DNA from: Acidimicrobiales bacterium
GTDB taxonomy: Bacteria > Actinomycetota > Acidimicrobiia > Acidimicrobiales > CADCSY01
NCBI GenBank assembly: GCA_038255685.1
Contig: JBBSLC010000001.1
Location: 1-56,566 of the forward strand
Direction: 5' to 3'
Length of the DNA: 56,566 bases
Shown here: positions 1 to 8,997 of the stretch, in pieces
Layout: every line of letters starts with the position of its first letter
How positions within the stretch are numbered: position 1 is the stretch's first letter
Translations under genes and position numbers: made by a program
The notes under the pieces: model-generated
The model's input: the letters and a program-made list of their open reading frames with translations, nothing else
What the model was told of the DNA's origin: nothing
Database searches by the model: none

Positions 1-1
1 C

Positions 2-409
2 GCCACACCACGCTCGAAGCTGGGCGTCCCCGAGATCAAGCTCGGGTTGCTGCCCGGCGCCGCCGGCACCCAGCGGCTCCCCCGCCTGGTCGGCCGTGGG
101 CCGGCGCTCGACCTGCTCCTCACCGGCCGCAGCGCCGACGGCGAGGAGGGGGCGCGCCTCGGGCTCGTCGACCGCCTCGTGCCCGACGGCCAGGCCGACG
201 CCACCGCCGCAGAGCTCGCCGCCCGCCTGGCATCGGGGCCCCTCGACGCGCAGGCGGCCATCGTGCGCTGCGTCGACGCAGCACGCGATCTGCCCTTCAC
301 CGACGGCCTCGCGGTCGAGCGCGACGAGATCCTGCGCCTGTTCGACAGCGGTGACGCCCGTGAGGGGATCCGCGCCTTCGTCGAGAAGCGCCCGGCCGAG
401 TTCGCCTGA
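2..409 (+). CDS. enoyl-CoA hydratase/isomerase (crotonase) family protein, C-terminal part; 5' end off-window
   Basis: Frame-2 translation ...[26 protein letters not shown]...[15 protein letters not shown] matches the C-terminal half of the crotonase fold. Stop is TGA 407-409. Confidence 0.85.
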   Translation, partial: ATPRSKLGVPEIKLGLLPGAAGTQRLPRLVGRGPALDLLLTGRSADGEEGARLGLVDRLVPDGQADATAAELAARLASGPLDAQAAIVRCVDAARDLPFTDGLAVERDEILRLFDSGDAREGIRAFVEKRPAEFA

Positions 410-411
410 TC

Positions 412-993
412 GTGGCGAAGGCGGGGCCGCGGGTGCGCCCCCATCGGCGGGACCAGATCCTGTGGGCGGCCACCGACCTCTTCCGGTCGCAGGGTTTCCA
501 CGCCGTCGGCATCGACGAGATCGGCAGTGCGGCCGGCATCTCGGGCCCCGGCGTCTACCGGCACTTCCAGAACAAGCACGCCCTACTGGTCGCCATCTTC
601 GACAGGGTCGCCGACGATCTCGTCCGCCAGGCGCAGCGCATCGAGGCAGAGGCGTCCCATCCTGCAGCGACCCTCGCCGAGCTCGTCGGGTTCCACGTCG
701 ACTTCGCGCTCAGCGACCGGGCCCTGATCGCGGTCTACATGCAGGAGGAGCGGAGCCTGCCGACGGCGGACCGCCGGCGGATCCGCAAGCGCCAGCGGCT
801 CTACGTGGAGCACTGGCTGGATGCCCTCCTCGGGTCCCGCCCGGACCTCGCCGGCGACGAGGCGCTCACCAGGGTGCACGCCGCGTTCCACCTCATCTCC
901 TCGGTGGCGTCGTACGAGCCCACCCTCGACCGTGAGCGGCTCCGGGACCTGCTGGTGCGGCTCGCTGACCGGGTGCTGCTCGACCCGGCCTGA
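412..993 (+). CDS. TetR/AcrR family transcriptional regulator
   Basis: GTG 412 lies 2 nt after the upstream stop. N-terminal HTH: [46 protein letters not shown]. Confidence 0.9.
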   Translation: MAKAGPRVRPHRRDQILWAATDLFRSQGFHAVGIDEIGSAAGISGPGVYRHFQNKHALLVAIFDRVADDLVRQAQRIEAEASHPAATLAELVGFHVDFALSDRALIAVYMQEERSLPTADRRRIRKRQRLYVEHWLDALLGSRPDLAGDEALTRVHAAFHLISSVASYEPTLDRERLRDLLVRLADRVLLDPA

Positions 994-1069
994 GCGCAGG
1001 AGGCCAGGCGCCGGGGGCCAACCGCGAGGACCGCAGGGGTCGTTCCCTGCCGGCCGCGCCGTAGCGGGG

Positions 1070-1645
1070 TCAGGCCATCGTCAGGCCGCCGCTCACCGAG
1101 AGGGTCTGGCCGGTGACGAACGACGCCGCCTCGGAGGCGAAGTAGACGACCGCAGGGGCGATGTCGTCGGGCTCGCCCATGCGGCGCATCGGGACCGCCT
1201 TCGTCATCGAGGCGAGGACCCGGTCGCCGTCGGTGCTCGCCGCCATGATCGAGGCGACCAGTGGCGTGTTCGTCGGCCCGGGGCAGACGCTGTTGGCGGT
1301 GATGCCGTGCCGTGCCGTCTCCCGGGCGATGGTCTTGGTGAAGGCGATGAGGCCGCCCTTTGCGGCGGAGTAGATCGCCTCCAGCGACGAACCGACGCGG
1401 CCGGCGTCGGACGCGATGTTGACGAGCCGGCCCCAGCCGGCGTCGATCATCCCTGGGAGGGCGAGGCGCGTGAGCCGGATGGGGCCCCCGAGGTTGATCT
1501 CGAGCACCTTCGCCTGGAACGCCTCGTCGCTGTCGAGGAACGGCTTGAGCTCGTCCCAGCCGGCGCAGTTGACGAGGATCTCGACCGGGCCCGGCGCCTC
1601 AGCGGCGCCGCGGATGGCCGCCTCGCACGAGGCCGGATCGGCCAC
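1070..1645 (-). pseudogene. BadH-like short-chain dehydrogenase lacking its N-terminal Rossmann segment (deletion relic)
   Basis: Matches residues ~60-250 of the intact SDR at 14664-15416 (NCAGWD, NIASDAGRVGS, YSAAKGG, CPGPTNT, QTLSVSGGLTMA). There is no TGxxxGxG. The in-frame upstream sequence is Pro/Thr/Ser junk, and only ~30 nt separate it from the ACAD relic. Confidence 0.6.
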
Positions 1646-1676
1646 GTCGACCTCGACGGCGGATCGTCCGCCCGAC

Positions 1677-1814
1677 GAGTCGCTCCCGGTCGGCGTCGGG
1701 CAGGCGGTCGGCGTCGGGGTCGAGGCCGGCCTCGAGCGGGACGACCTCCTCCCGCACGAACCGGCGCACCGTCTCGACGAGCATCTCCTGCTCGCCGGTG
1801 AGCCTGAGCTCCAT
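1677..1814 (-). pseudogene. acyl-CoA dehydrogenase N-terminal relic (~46 codons)
   Basis: AGGAGG then ATG 1814 gives MELRLTGEQEMLVETVRRFVREEVVPLEAGLDPDADRLP..., a typical ACAD N-terminus. It then runs out of frame into an Arg-rich tail (ORF 1599-1814). Confidence 0.5.
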
Positions 1815-1823
1815 GACGTCCTC

Positions 1824-2159
1824 CTACAGGGGCCGGAGGCGGCCGACGCGCCCCGGCTCGTCGGCGTTCCCGTCGGGCAGCCGCCCGTGGTCGGCGAGGT
1901 GGACCATCAGCAGCTCCCGGTACCGGCTGAGGTACGAGGTGGTGACCTCGTACCGGAACGCCGCCGCGTCTCCTCGAGCGGCGTGGTCGGCCAGGACGCC
2001 GCGCAGGCCGAAGCGCGATGCCCCGCCGGCGTAGCCGACGCGCACGACACCGCCGTCGACGTCGGCGAGCTCGTACACGCCGAGGTGGCCGCCCACGGCC
2101 GCCGCCGCCTCGGGCGTGAGCGGCGTCCACGGCTTGCCGAGCCGGACCCCCCGGGTCAT
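1824..2159 (-). CDS. conserved-looking hypothetical protein (111 aa) with a GIY-YIG-like N-terminal pattern
   Basis: Coding-like GC3. ATGA overlap with the upstream hydratase stop (2157-2161). Motif: GVYELADVDGGVVRVGYAGG...FGLRGVLADH. No confident family assignment. Confidence 0.55.
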   Translation of the reverse strand: MTRGVRLGKPWTPLTPEAAAAVGGHLGVYELADVDGGVVRVGYAGGASRFGLRGVLADHAARGDAAAFRYEVTTSYLSRYRELLMVHLADHGRLPDGNADEPGRVGRLRPL

Positions 2160-2926
2160 CAGCGGCCCTCGAAGCGCGGGGCTCGCCGCTCGAGGCGGGC
2201 GGCCATCCCCTCGAGCGCATCCCCGCTGGCCCGGGCGGCCTGCACGAGGGCGTCGACGTCGTCGTGGTCGATGTCGTCGCGGAACGCCATCGCCCTGCGC
2301 AGCACCGCCTTCATCGCCCGCAGCGCCAGCGGGGCGTTGGCGGCGAGCCGCTCGACGAAGCGCGCTGCGGTCGCCTCGAGCTCGTGGGGCGGAACCGCCC
2401 GGGTGATCACGCCGAGCTCGGCCAGCCGGGCGGCAGGTACGGGGTCACCGAGCAGCAGGAGCTCGCGTGCGAGCACTGGCCCACCGACCTCCAGCAGGCG
2501 CCGGGTGAGGAACCAGGAGGGCGCCAGCCCGATCTGGGCGAGCGACATCCCGAAGGCCGCCTTGGTGGATGCCACCACCAGGTCGCAGTGCAGCGCCAGC
2601 TCGTTGCCGCCGGCGATGGCGTCGCCCTGCACGACGGCGACCACGGGCAGCGGCCAGGCGTCGACCGCGGCGAGCACCTCCTCGATGGGGCTCTCCCCCG
2701 TCGGCGCCTCGCCCTGCAGCCGCTCGCCGAGGTCGAGCCCTGCGCAGAACACCGGGCCCTCGGCTCGCAGCACCGCCACGCGCTCGTCGGATCCTGGCCC
2801 CGCACCCCCGAACGCGGCGGCGAGGCCGTCGAGCATGGCGCGGTCGAGCGCGTTCCGGCGGTCCGGCCGGCAGAGCACGACCGTCCGCACCGGACCCTCG
2901 ACCTCGACCCGCAGCTGCTGCTCCAC
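2159..2926 (-). CDS. enoyl-CoA hydratase/isomerase family protein
   Basis: GTG 2926. VRTVVLCRPDRRNALD...VFCAGLDLGE...VVAVVQGDAIAGGNELALHCDLVVAS are crotonase signatures. Confidence 0.9.
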   Translation of the reverse strand: MEQQLRVEVEGPVRTVVLCRPDRRNALDRAMLDGLAAAFGGAGPGSDERVAVLRAEGPVFCAGLDLGERLQGEAPTGESPIEEVLAAVDAWPLPVVAVVQGDAIAGGNELALHCDLVVASTKAAFGMSLAQIGLAPSWFLTRRLLEVGGPVLARELLLLGDPVPAARLAELGVITRAVPPHELEATAARFVERLAANAPLALRAMKAVLRRAMAFRDDIDHDDVDALVQAARASGDALEGMAARLERRAPRFEGR

Positions 2927-3124
2927 CCGTCCCCCCCCGGCGGCACCGTAGCGAACGGCGGTCTCCCTCAGCCGAAGCGGGGCATCACCCCTGCGGGATC
3001 AGGAGGAGCAGGTCCTCGATCGGCACTCGTCCTCGCCGTGGGTCCTGTGCGGTCCCGCCGACGTTCGCGGTCGTCCACGGGCCGCACCGGTGCATGCCGG
3101 CATCGCCGCCACTACGTTCGGCCG

Positions 3125-3922
3125 GTGCCGCCGCGACCTCGCATCGCCGTCGAAGCGCACGGCGGCACGGGGCCGCACGTGCTGCTCGTGCACGGGCTCC
3201 TCGCCAGTCGGGCGGCGTGGGCGCTGAACCTCGACGCCCTGGCAGAGGTGTGCCGGCCGGTTGTCGTGGAGCTCTGGGGTCACGGGCGGTCGCCCTCGCC
3301 CACCGACCCGGCCGACTACGAGCCGGCCGGGTACGTGGCCGAGCTGGAGTGCGTTCGGGCGTGGGTGGGCGCAGACCGCTGGTTCGTGTGCGGGCTCTCC
3401 CTCGGCGGCGCCCTCGCCCTCCGCTACGCCCTCGACGTCCCCGAGCGCGTCCTCGGCACGGTCTTCACCAACTCGAACTCGGCGCTCGCTGACCGGGCGT
3501 GGGTCGATCGGCTCGCGCCCGTCGTGGAGTCCGACGCAGCCCGGATCGAGGCCACCGGCCCTGAAGCCATCGTGCGCCACCCCCTCAACCCGGGTCGAGG
3601 CCGCCGGCTGCCCGACGACGTGCGGGCGGCGCTGGCGGCCGACTGCGCCCGGCACGACCCGGCCGGCATCGCCCGCACGTTCCGCCACACGGTGCCGACC
3701 TCGCCGGTGCGCGACGGCCTGCACGCCCACCGGCAGCCGGCCCTGCTCGTGGTCGGGGAGAGGGAGCGGGAGTTCGCCGAGGGGCGGGCGTTCGCCGAGG
3801 CGACGATGCCGATGCTGCGGGTGGCGCCGGCCGACGCCGGGCACGCCGTGAACATCGAGGCGGCGACGACGTTCAACGAGGCGGTCCAGTCGTTCATCGG
3901 CGCCGTCGCGACCGCCGGTTGA
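3125..3922 (+). CDS. alpha/beta-fold hydrolase
   Basis: HVLLVHGLLASRAAW..., nucleophile elbow GLSLGG, and C-terminal HAVNIE. Only the 3' third of ORF 2264-3922 looks protein-like. Start GTG 3125 is the nearest plausible start and is uncertain. Confidence 0.8.
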   Translation: MPPRPRIAVEAHGGTGPHVLLVHGLLASRAAWALNLDALAEVCRPVVVELWGHGRSPSPTDPADYEPAGYVAELECVRAWVGADRWFVCGLSLGGALALRYALDVPERVLGTVFTNSNSALADRAWVDRLAPVVESDAARIEATGPEAIVRHPLNPGRGRRLPDDVRAALAADCARHDPAGIARTFRHTVPTSPVRDGLHAHRQPALLVVGEREREFAEGRAFAEATMPMLRVAPADAGHAVNIEAATTFNEAVQSFIGAVATAG

Positions 3923-3932
3923 ACCGGCTCCC

Positions 3933-5018
3933 TCAGGGCACCAGGACGGCGTGCACCGGCGGCACGCCCCGCTCCCCCGCCATCGTCTCCAGCAGCTCGG
4001 CGGCGCCGTCGAGGCCGACGACCTGCCGGGGCAGCTCCGCGAAGGGGTACTTCCCACCGGCGAGGAGATCGAGCGCGGCGCGGTAGGCGTGCACGTCGAC
4101 CCCCAGCGCGCCCTGGATCCGCAGCTCCTTGTAGACGACGTGGTCGGGGTCGAAGCCCGGGGCGTGACCGCCGCCACGGGTGCCGGCCACGACCATCGTG
4201 CCGCCGGCGCGGGTCAGCGCCACGCCCTGGGCGAAGGCCGCCGGCGCCTTTGCCGTCACGTCGACCACGACGTCGGCCCCGACCACGTTCGCCGTCGCCC
4301 GGAGCCGTGCCACGGGATCCTCGGCGAGCACGTCGACGGCGAGGTCGGCCCCGAACCTGGCCGCCTGCTCGAGGCGGGGGTGGTCGCGCTCGCCGGCGCC
4401 GGTGACCATCACGAAGGAGGCGCCCGCCTCCTTGGCCGCAGCGGCGGCGGCGAGCCCACGGATGCCGCAGCCGAGGACGGCGACGACGTCACCCGCCTTG
4501 GTGCCGGGCACGGTGACGCCCCAGCGGATGCCGGCGCCGACCGGGTTGAAGGCCACGGCCACCTCCGGCGGCAGCGACGTGGGCACCGGCAGCAGCATGG
4601 AGTCGGGGGCGAGGTACTGGTGCGTGGCGTAGCCGCCCCAGAGACCCGGGGGCTCGACGAGGCGGTGCATGCCGTACATGTCGCGCATGCCGTGTCGCTC
4701 GCAGCGGCGGTACACCCCCTGGCGGCACGGGTCGCACGACCGACACGAGAGGAAGACCTCCACCGCCACCCGGTCACCCTCCCGCACGCCCCAGCGCTCA
4801 GCCGCGCCATCGCCCACCGCCTCGATCACGCCGACCGCCTCGTGGCCGGGGACGAACGCGAAGCCCGGGGCGATGGCCCCCGTGTACAGCTCGTGGTCGG
4901 TGCCGCAGAGCCCGCACGCCTCGATCCGCAGGAGCCCGTCGTCGTGGCCGATCACGGGCACGGGGAGCGAGCGGCGCTCGAGCCGCCGGGGGCCTTCGAG
5001 CACCAGCGCGTCGATCAT
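3933..5018 (-). CDS. zinc-dependent alcohol dehydrogenase (MDR superfamily)
   Basis: MIDALVLEGPRRLE..., EACGLCGTDHELY, GHEAVG, CRSCDPCRQG (structural Zn Cys cluster), VLGCGIRG. Start ATG 5018 was chosen over upstream in-frame starts (5114, 5159). Confidence 0.85.
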   Translation of the reverse strand: MIDALVLEGPRRLERRSLPVPVIGHDDGLLRIEACGLCGTDHELYTGAIAPGFAFVPGHEAVGVIEAVGDGAAERWGVREGDRVAVEVFLSCRSCDPCRQGVYRRCERHGMRDMYGMHRLVEPPGLWGGYATHQYLAPDSMLLPVPTSLPPEVAVAFNPVGAGIRWGVTVPGTKAGDVVAVLGCGIRGLAAAAAAKEAGASFVMVTGAGERDHPRLEQAARFGADLAVDVLAEDPVARLRATANVVGADVVVDVTAKAPAAFAQGVALTRAGGTMVVAGTRGGGHAPGFDPDHVVYKELRIQGALGVDVHAYRAALDLLAGGKYPFAELPRQVVGLDGAAELLETMAGERGVPPVHAVLVP

Positions 5019-5120
5019 CCGGGCTTTGTACCTCGTGGCGCGCCGTCCGGCAACAACGTCGTCGCTGATGCTTGCCCCGCCCGGTCCCGACGAGGCATGA
5101 TCCGTGTCACTCATGGGTGA

Positions 5121-5294
5121 CACCTGGCGGTCGGCGCCGACGACGGGAGGAGGCCTCATGGCCCGCAGCTATCCGACCAGGAGCTGCTCGAGAAGCACAC
5201 CGCGGACATGAGCGACGAACATCGCAAGGCCATCCTCTGCGACAACGTCGCCGAGCTCTACGGCATCGACACCTCCACACTCGAGCCAGCCTGA
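5121..5294 (+). pseudogene. amidohydrolase-family C-terminal relic
   Basis: Frame-0 reading ...LSDQELLEKHTADMSDEHRKAILCDNVAELYGIDTSTLEPA* resembles the last ~40 residues of amidohydrolase-2 type enzymes. Nothing upstream could encode the barrel. Confidence 0.45.
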
Positions 5295-5332
5295 GCTGAG
5301 CTCGTCCCCCACGCCCCTACCGAGGAGCCCCC

Positions 5333-6472
5333 GTGAAGAACCGAGTCTGCGACCTGCTCGGGATCGAGTTCCCGATCCTCGCCTTCAGCCACTGCCGAGA
5401 CGTCGTCGCCGCCGTCACCAACGCCGGTGGGTTCGGCGTCCTCGGCGCCGTCGCCCACACCCCCGAGCAGCTCGAGGTCGACCTCGTCTGGATCGAGGAG
5501 CAGACGAGGGGTCGGCCCTACGGCGTCGACCTCCTCCTGCCCCAGAAGTACGCGGGCGCCGACGAGGGCGGGCTCGACCGTGACGCTGTGCGCTCGCTGC
5601 TCCCACCGCAGCAGCAGGAGTTCGTGGACGACATCCTCGCCCGCTACGACGTGCCGGCGCTCGACGACGACGCGCGCGGCGGGCTCGGTCGGCGCGGTGG
5701 CATGAGCGTCTCGCCCAGGGGTTACGAGCCGCTCCTCGACGTCGCCTTCGCCCACCGCATCAAGCTCATCGCCAGCGCGCTGGGGGCCCCGCCACCGGGC
5801 CTCATCGAGCGGGCGCACGCCAACGACGTCGCCGTTGCCGCGCTGGCCGGCCGGGCGTCGCACGCAGCGCGCCACCACGCCGCCGGCGCCGACCTCATCG
5901 TCGCCCAAGGCACCGAAGCCGGGGGCCACACCGGGGAGGTCGCCACGATGGTCCTCGTGCCCGAGGTCGTCGACGCGGTGTCACCTACGCCGGTCCTCGC
6001 CGCAGGCGGCATCGGCAACGGCCGCCAGATGGCGGCCGCCATGGCCCTCGGCGCGGAGGGCGTCTGGTGCGGTTCGGTCTGGCTCACCACCGAGGAGGCC
6101 GAGACCCACCCCGTCGTGAAGGAGAAGTTCTTGGCGGCCACCTCCAGCGACACGGTCCGGTCGCGGTCACTCACGGGCAAGCCGGCCCGGATGCTGCGCA
6201 GCGCCTGGACCGAGGAGTGGGAGCGCGACGACGCGCCGCCTCCCCTTGCGATGCCGCTGCAGAGCGCACTCGTGGCCGAAGCCCAGGTGCGCATCGCCCG
6301 CTCGTCCCACCACGACGGGACCGGGGCGAACAAGCTGGCGAACTACTTCGTCGGCCAGATCGTCGGGGACATGGACAGGGTCAAGCCGGCGCGGCAGGTC
6401 GTGCTCGACATGGTCACGGAGTACGCCGATGTCGTCAGCCGTTTCGCCCAGGAGGCGGCCGACGCCAGCTGA
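5333..6472 (+). CDS. nitronate monooxygenase / NMO-family FMN oxidoreductase
   Basis: GAGGAG RBS then GTG 5333. CDLLGIEFPILAFSHCRDVVAAVTNAGGFGVLG, IVAQGTEAGGHTG, AAGGIGNGRQMAAAMALGAEGVWCGS. Confidence 0.85.
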   Translation: MKNRVCDLLGIEFPILAFSHCRDVVAAVTNAGGFGVLGAVAHTPEQLEVDLVWIEEQTRGRPYGVDLLLPQKYAGADEGGLDRDAVRSLLPPQQQEFVDDILARYDVPALDDDARGGLGRRGGMSVSPRGYEPLLDVAFAHRIKLIASALGAPPPGLIERAHANDVAVAALAGRASHAARHHAAGADLIVAQGTEAGGHTGEVATMVLVPEVVDAVSPTPVLAAGGIGNGRQMAAAMALGAEGVWCGSVWLTTEEAETHPVVKEKFLAATSSDTVRSRSLTGKPARMLRSAWTEEWERDDAPPPLAMPLQSALVAEAQVRIARSSHHDGTGANKLANYFVGQIVGDMDRVKPARQVVLDMVTEYADVVSRFAQEAADAS

Positions 6473-6527
6473 ACGCCGGGGCGGCCTCCCACGTCCCTCG
6501 CTGCCTCCAGCACGGCCGGGCGCCGAG

Positions 6528-7319
6528 ATGGCAGAGGTTCGAGACATCGTGGTGCCCGGCTCCGACCACGAGATCCCGGTGCGGGTCTACCGACCAGCAC
6601 CGGAGAGGGGACAACCGCTCGTGGTGTTCTTCCACGGCGGCGGGTGGGTCCTCGGCGACATCGAGACCCACGACCACTCCTGCCGTGAGCTGGCCAGCCG
6701 GTCCCGCTGCATCGTCGCCTCGGTCGACTACCGGCTGGCTCCCGAGCACCCGTTCCCAGCGGCTGTCGACGACGCCTTCGCCTCGCTGGTCTGGCTCGCC
6801 GACCACGCTGCCGAGCTCGGCGCCGACAGCGCGCGCCTCGCCGTTGCCGGCGACTCCGCCGGCGGCAACCTGGCTGCGGTGTGCACGATGCTGGCGCGCG
6901 ACGCCCGAGGACCGGCGCTGCGCTTCCAGCTCCTCGTCTACCCCGCCGTCGATGCGCGGATGGCCACGCCCTCCATCGAGGAGAACGCCGTGGGCTACCT
7001 CCTCACCAAGGCCGACATGGAGTGGTTCTACGGCCACTACGCCGGGAGCGCCGTCCGCGACGATGACTGGCGACTCTCCCCCGGCCTGGCCGAGGATCTC
7101 GCCGGACTGCCTCCGGCACTGGTGCTCACCGCCGAGTACGACCCGCTGCGGGACGAGGGCGAGACGTACGCCGCACGCCTCCGTGAGGCTGGGGTCGAGG
7201 TCACCTCGATCCGCTACCCAGGCCTCGTCCACGGCTTCTTCGGGATGTTCGACCAGGTGCGGGCGGCGGACCGGGCGATGAGCGAGGCCGCCGACGCCGT
7301 CAGGACGGTGCTGGCGTAG
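6528..7319 (+). CDS. alpha/beta hydrolase fold-3 esterase/lipase (HSL family)
   Basis: HGGGW oxyanion motif (VVFFHGGGWVLGD), nucleophile GDSAGGN, C-terminal HGF. ATG 6528. Confidence 0.85.
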   Translation: MAEVRDIVVPGSDHEIPVRVYRPAPERGQPLVVFFHGGGWVLGDIETHDHSCRELASRSRCIVASVDYRLAPEHPFPAAVDDAFASLVWLADHAAELGADSARLAVAGDSAGGNLAAVCTMLARDARGPALRFQLLVYPAVDARMATPSIEENAVGYLLTKADMEWFYGHYAGSAVRDDDWRLSPGLAEDLAGLPPALVLTAEYDPLRDEGETYAARLREAGVEVTSIRYPGLVHGFFGMFDQVRAADRAMSEAADAVRTVLA

Positions 7320-7338
7320 CGGTGGGCACCTGTGCGAC

Positions 7339-7359
7339 ACGAGACGATCGATGTCTCGT
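7339..7359. terminator. hairpin ACGAGAC-N7-GTCTCGT after the esterase stop and upstream of the aldehyde dehydrogenase
   Basis: Perfect 7-bp arms read directly from the sequence. No U-tract, so it could equally be an operator. Confidence 0.3.
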
Positions 7360-7404
7360 CCTGCTAGCCTCCGCGCGTAGACGTCGAGCTGGAGGAACGC
7401 CGAT

Positions 7405-8811
7405 ATGAGCGCTGTGAGCATGACCATCGATGGACAGGACATCCCCACGACGGCGACGTTCGACGTTGTGAACCCTGCCACCGGACTCGCCCACGCCGCC
7501 GCGCCAGACTGCACGTCCGAGCAGCTCGACGCGGCGATGGAGTCGGCGGCCAAGGCCTACCCGGGCTGGCGCACCGACGAAGCGGCTCGACGAGATGCAC
7601 TCCTCCGTGCGGCTGATGCGCTGATGGCCGCCGTGGGCGACATCGCTCCGATCCTCACCGCCGAGCAGGGCAAGCCGCTCGGCGAGGCCACGATGGAGGT
7701 CTACGGCGCAGCGATCTGGTTGCAGTACTACGCAGCGCTCGAGATCCCCCGGCAGGTGATCCAGGACGACGGCGCCGCCCACGTCGAGGTCGTGCAACGG
7801 CCCCTCGGCGTCGTGGCCGCGATCACACCGTGGAACTTCCCGCTCGTCCTGGCGTCGTGGAAGATCGCCCCCGCCCTCCTCGCCGGCAACACCATGGTCC
7901 TGAAGCCGTCGCCGTACACCCCGCTCTCGACGTTGAAGCTGGGGGAGGTGCTGCGCGACGTCTTGCCGCCCGGGGTCTTGAACGTGGTCAGCGGGCGCGA
8001 CCCGCTCGGGGCGTCGATGACCGCTCATCCCGTGCCCCGCAAGGTCAGCTTCACCGGCTCCGTGGCAACCGGCAAGAAGGTGGCAGCGTCGGCCGCGCCC
8101 GACCTCAAGCGCGTCACGCTCGAGCTCGGCGGGAACGACCCCGCCATCGTGCTCGACGATGTCGACGTCGACGGGATCATCGACAAGCTCTTCTGGGGCG
8201 CGTTCCAGAACAACGGCCAGGTGTGCTCGGCCATCAAGCGGGTGTACGTCCCGGAGGCACTGCACGACGACATCGTCGACGGACTCGCCGAGCGTGCCCG
8301 AGCGGTGAAGGTCGGTGACGGCACTGCGGAGGGCACGCAGCTCGGGCCGATCAACAACCGCGCGCAGTTCGAGCGGGTGCAGGAGCTCGTCGCCGATGCG
8401 GTCGGGTCAGGCGCAACTGCGGTCGCCGGCGGTGCCGCGATCGAGGGGGACGGCTACTTCTTCGCTCCCACGATCCTCGCCGGCCTCAGCGACGGCGCCC
8501 GGATCGTGGACGAGGAGCAGTTCGGTCCTGCGCTGCCCGTCATCCCCTATCGCGACGTGGACGAGGTCGTCGAGCGTGCGAACGGCACGCACTTCGGCCT
8601 CTCGGGCTCGGTCTGGGGGGCCGACGCCGACCGCGCCGCAGCCGTCGCTGCACGGCTGGAGTGCGGCACCGCATGGGTGAACACCCACCTGGCCCTGGCG
8701 CCGCACCAGCCCTTCGGGGGCGCCAAGTGGAGCGGCATCGGCGTCGAGAACGGGACGTGGGGCCTGCTCGGCTTCTCCGAGCCCCAGGTGCTCCACCACG
8801 CGAGGACCTGA
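7405..8811 (+). CDS. NAD(P)-dependent aldehyde dehydrogenase
   Basis: GGAGGA RBS then ATG 7405. ITPWNFPL, VLKPSPYTP, ELGGNDP, and the catalytic Cys context NNGQVCSAIKRVYV. Confidence 0.92.
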   Translation: MSAVSMTIDGQDIPTTATFDVVNPATGLAHAAAPDCTSEQLDAAMESAAKAYPGWRTDEAARRDALLRAADALMAAVGDIAPILTAEQGKPLGEATMEVYGAAIWLQYYAALEIPRQVIQDDGAAHVEVVQRPLGVVAAITPWNFPLVLASWKIAPALLAGNTMVLKPSPYTPLSTLKLGEVLRDVLPPGVLNVVSGRDPLGASMTAHPVPRKVSFTGSVATGKKVAASAAPDLKRVTLELGGNDPAIVLDDVDVDGIIDKLFWGAFQNNGQVCSAIKRVYVPEALHDDIVDGLAERARAVKVGDGTAEGTQLGPINNRAQFERVQELVADAVGSGATAVAGGAAIEGDGYFFAPTILAGLSDGARIVDEEQFGPALPVIPYRDVDEVVERANGTHFGLSGSVWGADADRAAAVAARLECGTAWVNTHLALAPHQPFGGAKWSGIGVENGTWGLLGFSEPQVLHHART

Positions 8812-8817
8812 GGAGGC

Positions 8818-8835
8818 GCGCGCTCACCAGCGCGC
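8818..8835 (+). terminator. GC-rich hairpin 7 nt after the aldehyde dehydrogenase stop
   Basis: GCGCGCT-cacc-AGCGCGC: 7-bp stem, 4-nt loop, no U-tract. Confidence 0.3.
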
Positions 8836-8966
8836 CGGTCGGCATGCGCCGCAGCCCGAGGGGCCGGGCGGGGCGACGCAGGCTGAACCGCCAGTCGAGC
8901 GCCGATGTGCCCATCTCGCTGCTCCGCACACGACCGCCTCGATTCCGAGCATGCCGGCGGACGACG

Positions 8967-8983
8967 AGACAGAGATGCTGTCT
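8967..8983. promoter_or_regulatory. inverted repeat AGACAG-N5-CTGTCT abutting a TATGAT -10-like box upstream of P450-A
   Basis: Perfect 6-bp arms. TATGAT at 8986-8991 is followed by 6 nt and then ATG 8998. Confidence 0.4.
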
Positions 8984-8997
8984 TGTATGATGTCGCG

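Noticed and set aside
1416-2951. Very long ORFs on the opposite strand or in alternative frames. Examples: 1416-2951 (+), 8824-10041 (-), 22249-23805 upstream extension, 47902-49710 (-), 48627-50492 (+), 51908-53290 (-).
   Set aside because: Their translations are Arg/Pro/Ala/Gly-rich and low in complexity, and they overlap genes with clear family signatures. These are the usual shadow ORFs of ~70% GC DNA.
5072-5299. 75-aa ORF from the track between the ADH and NMO genes.
   Set aside because: Its translation is Arg-rich and non-protein-like. The neighbouring frame carries the recognisable amidohydrolase tail instead.
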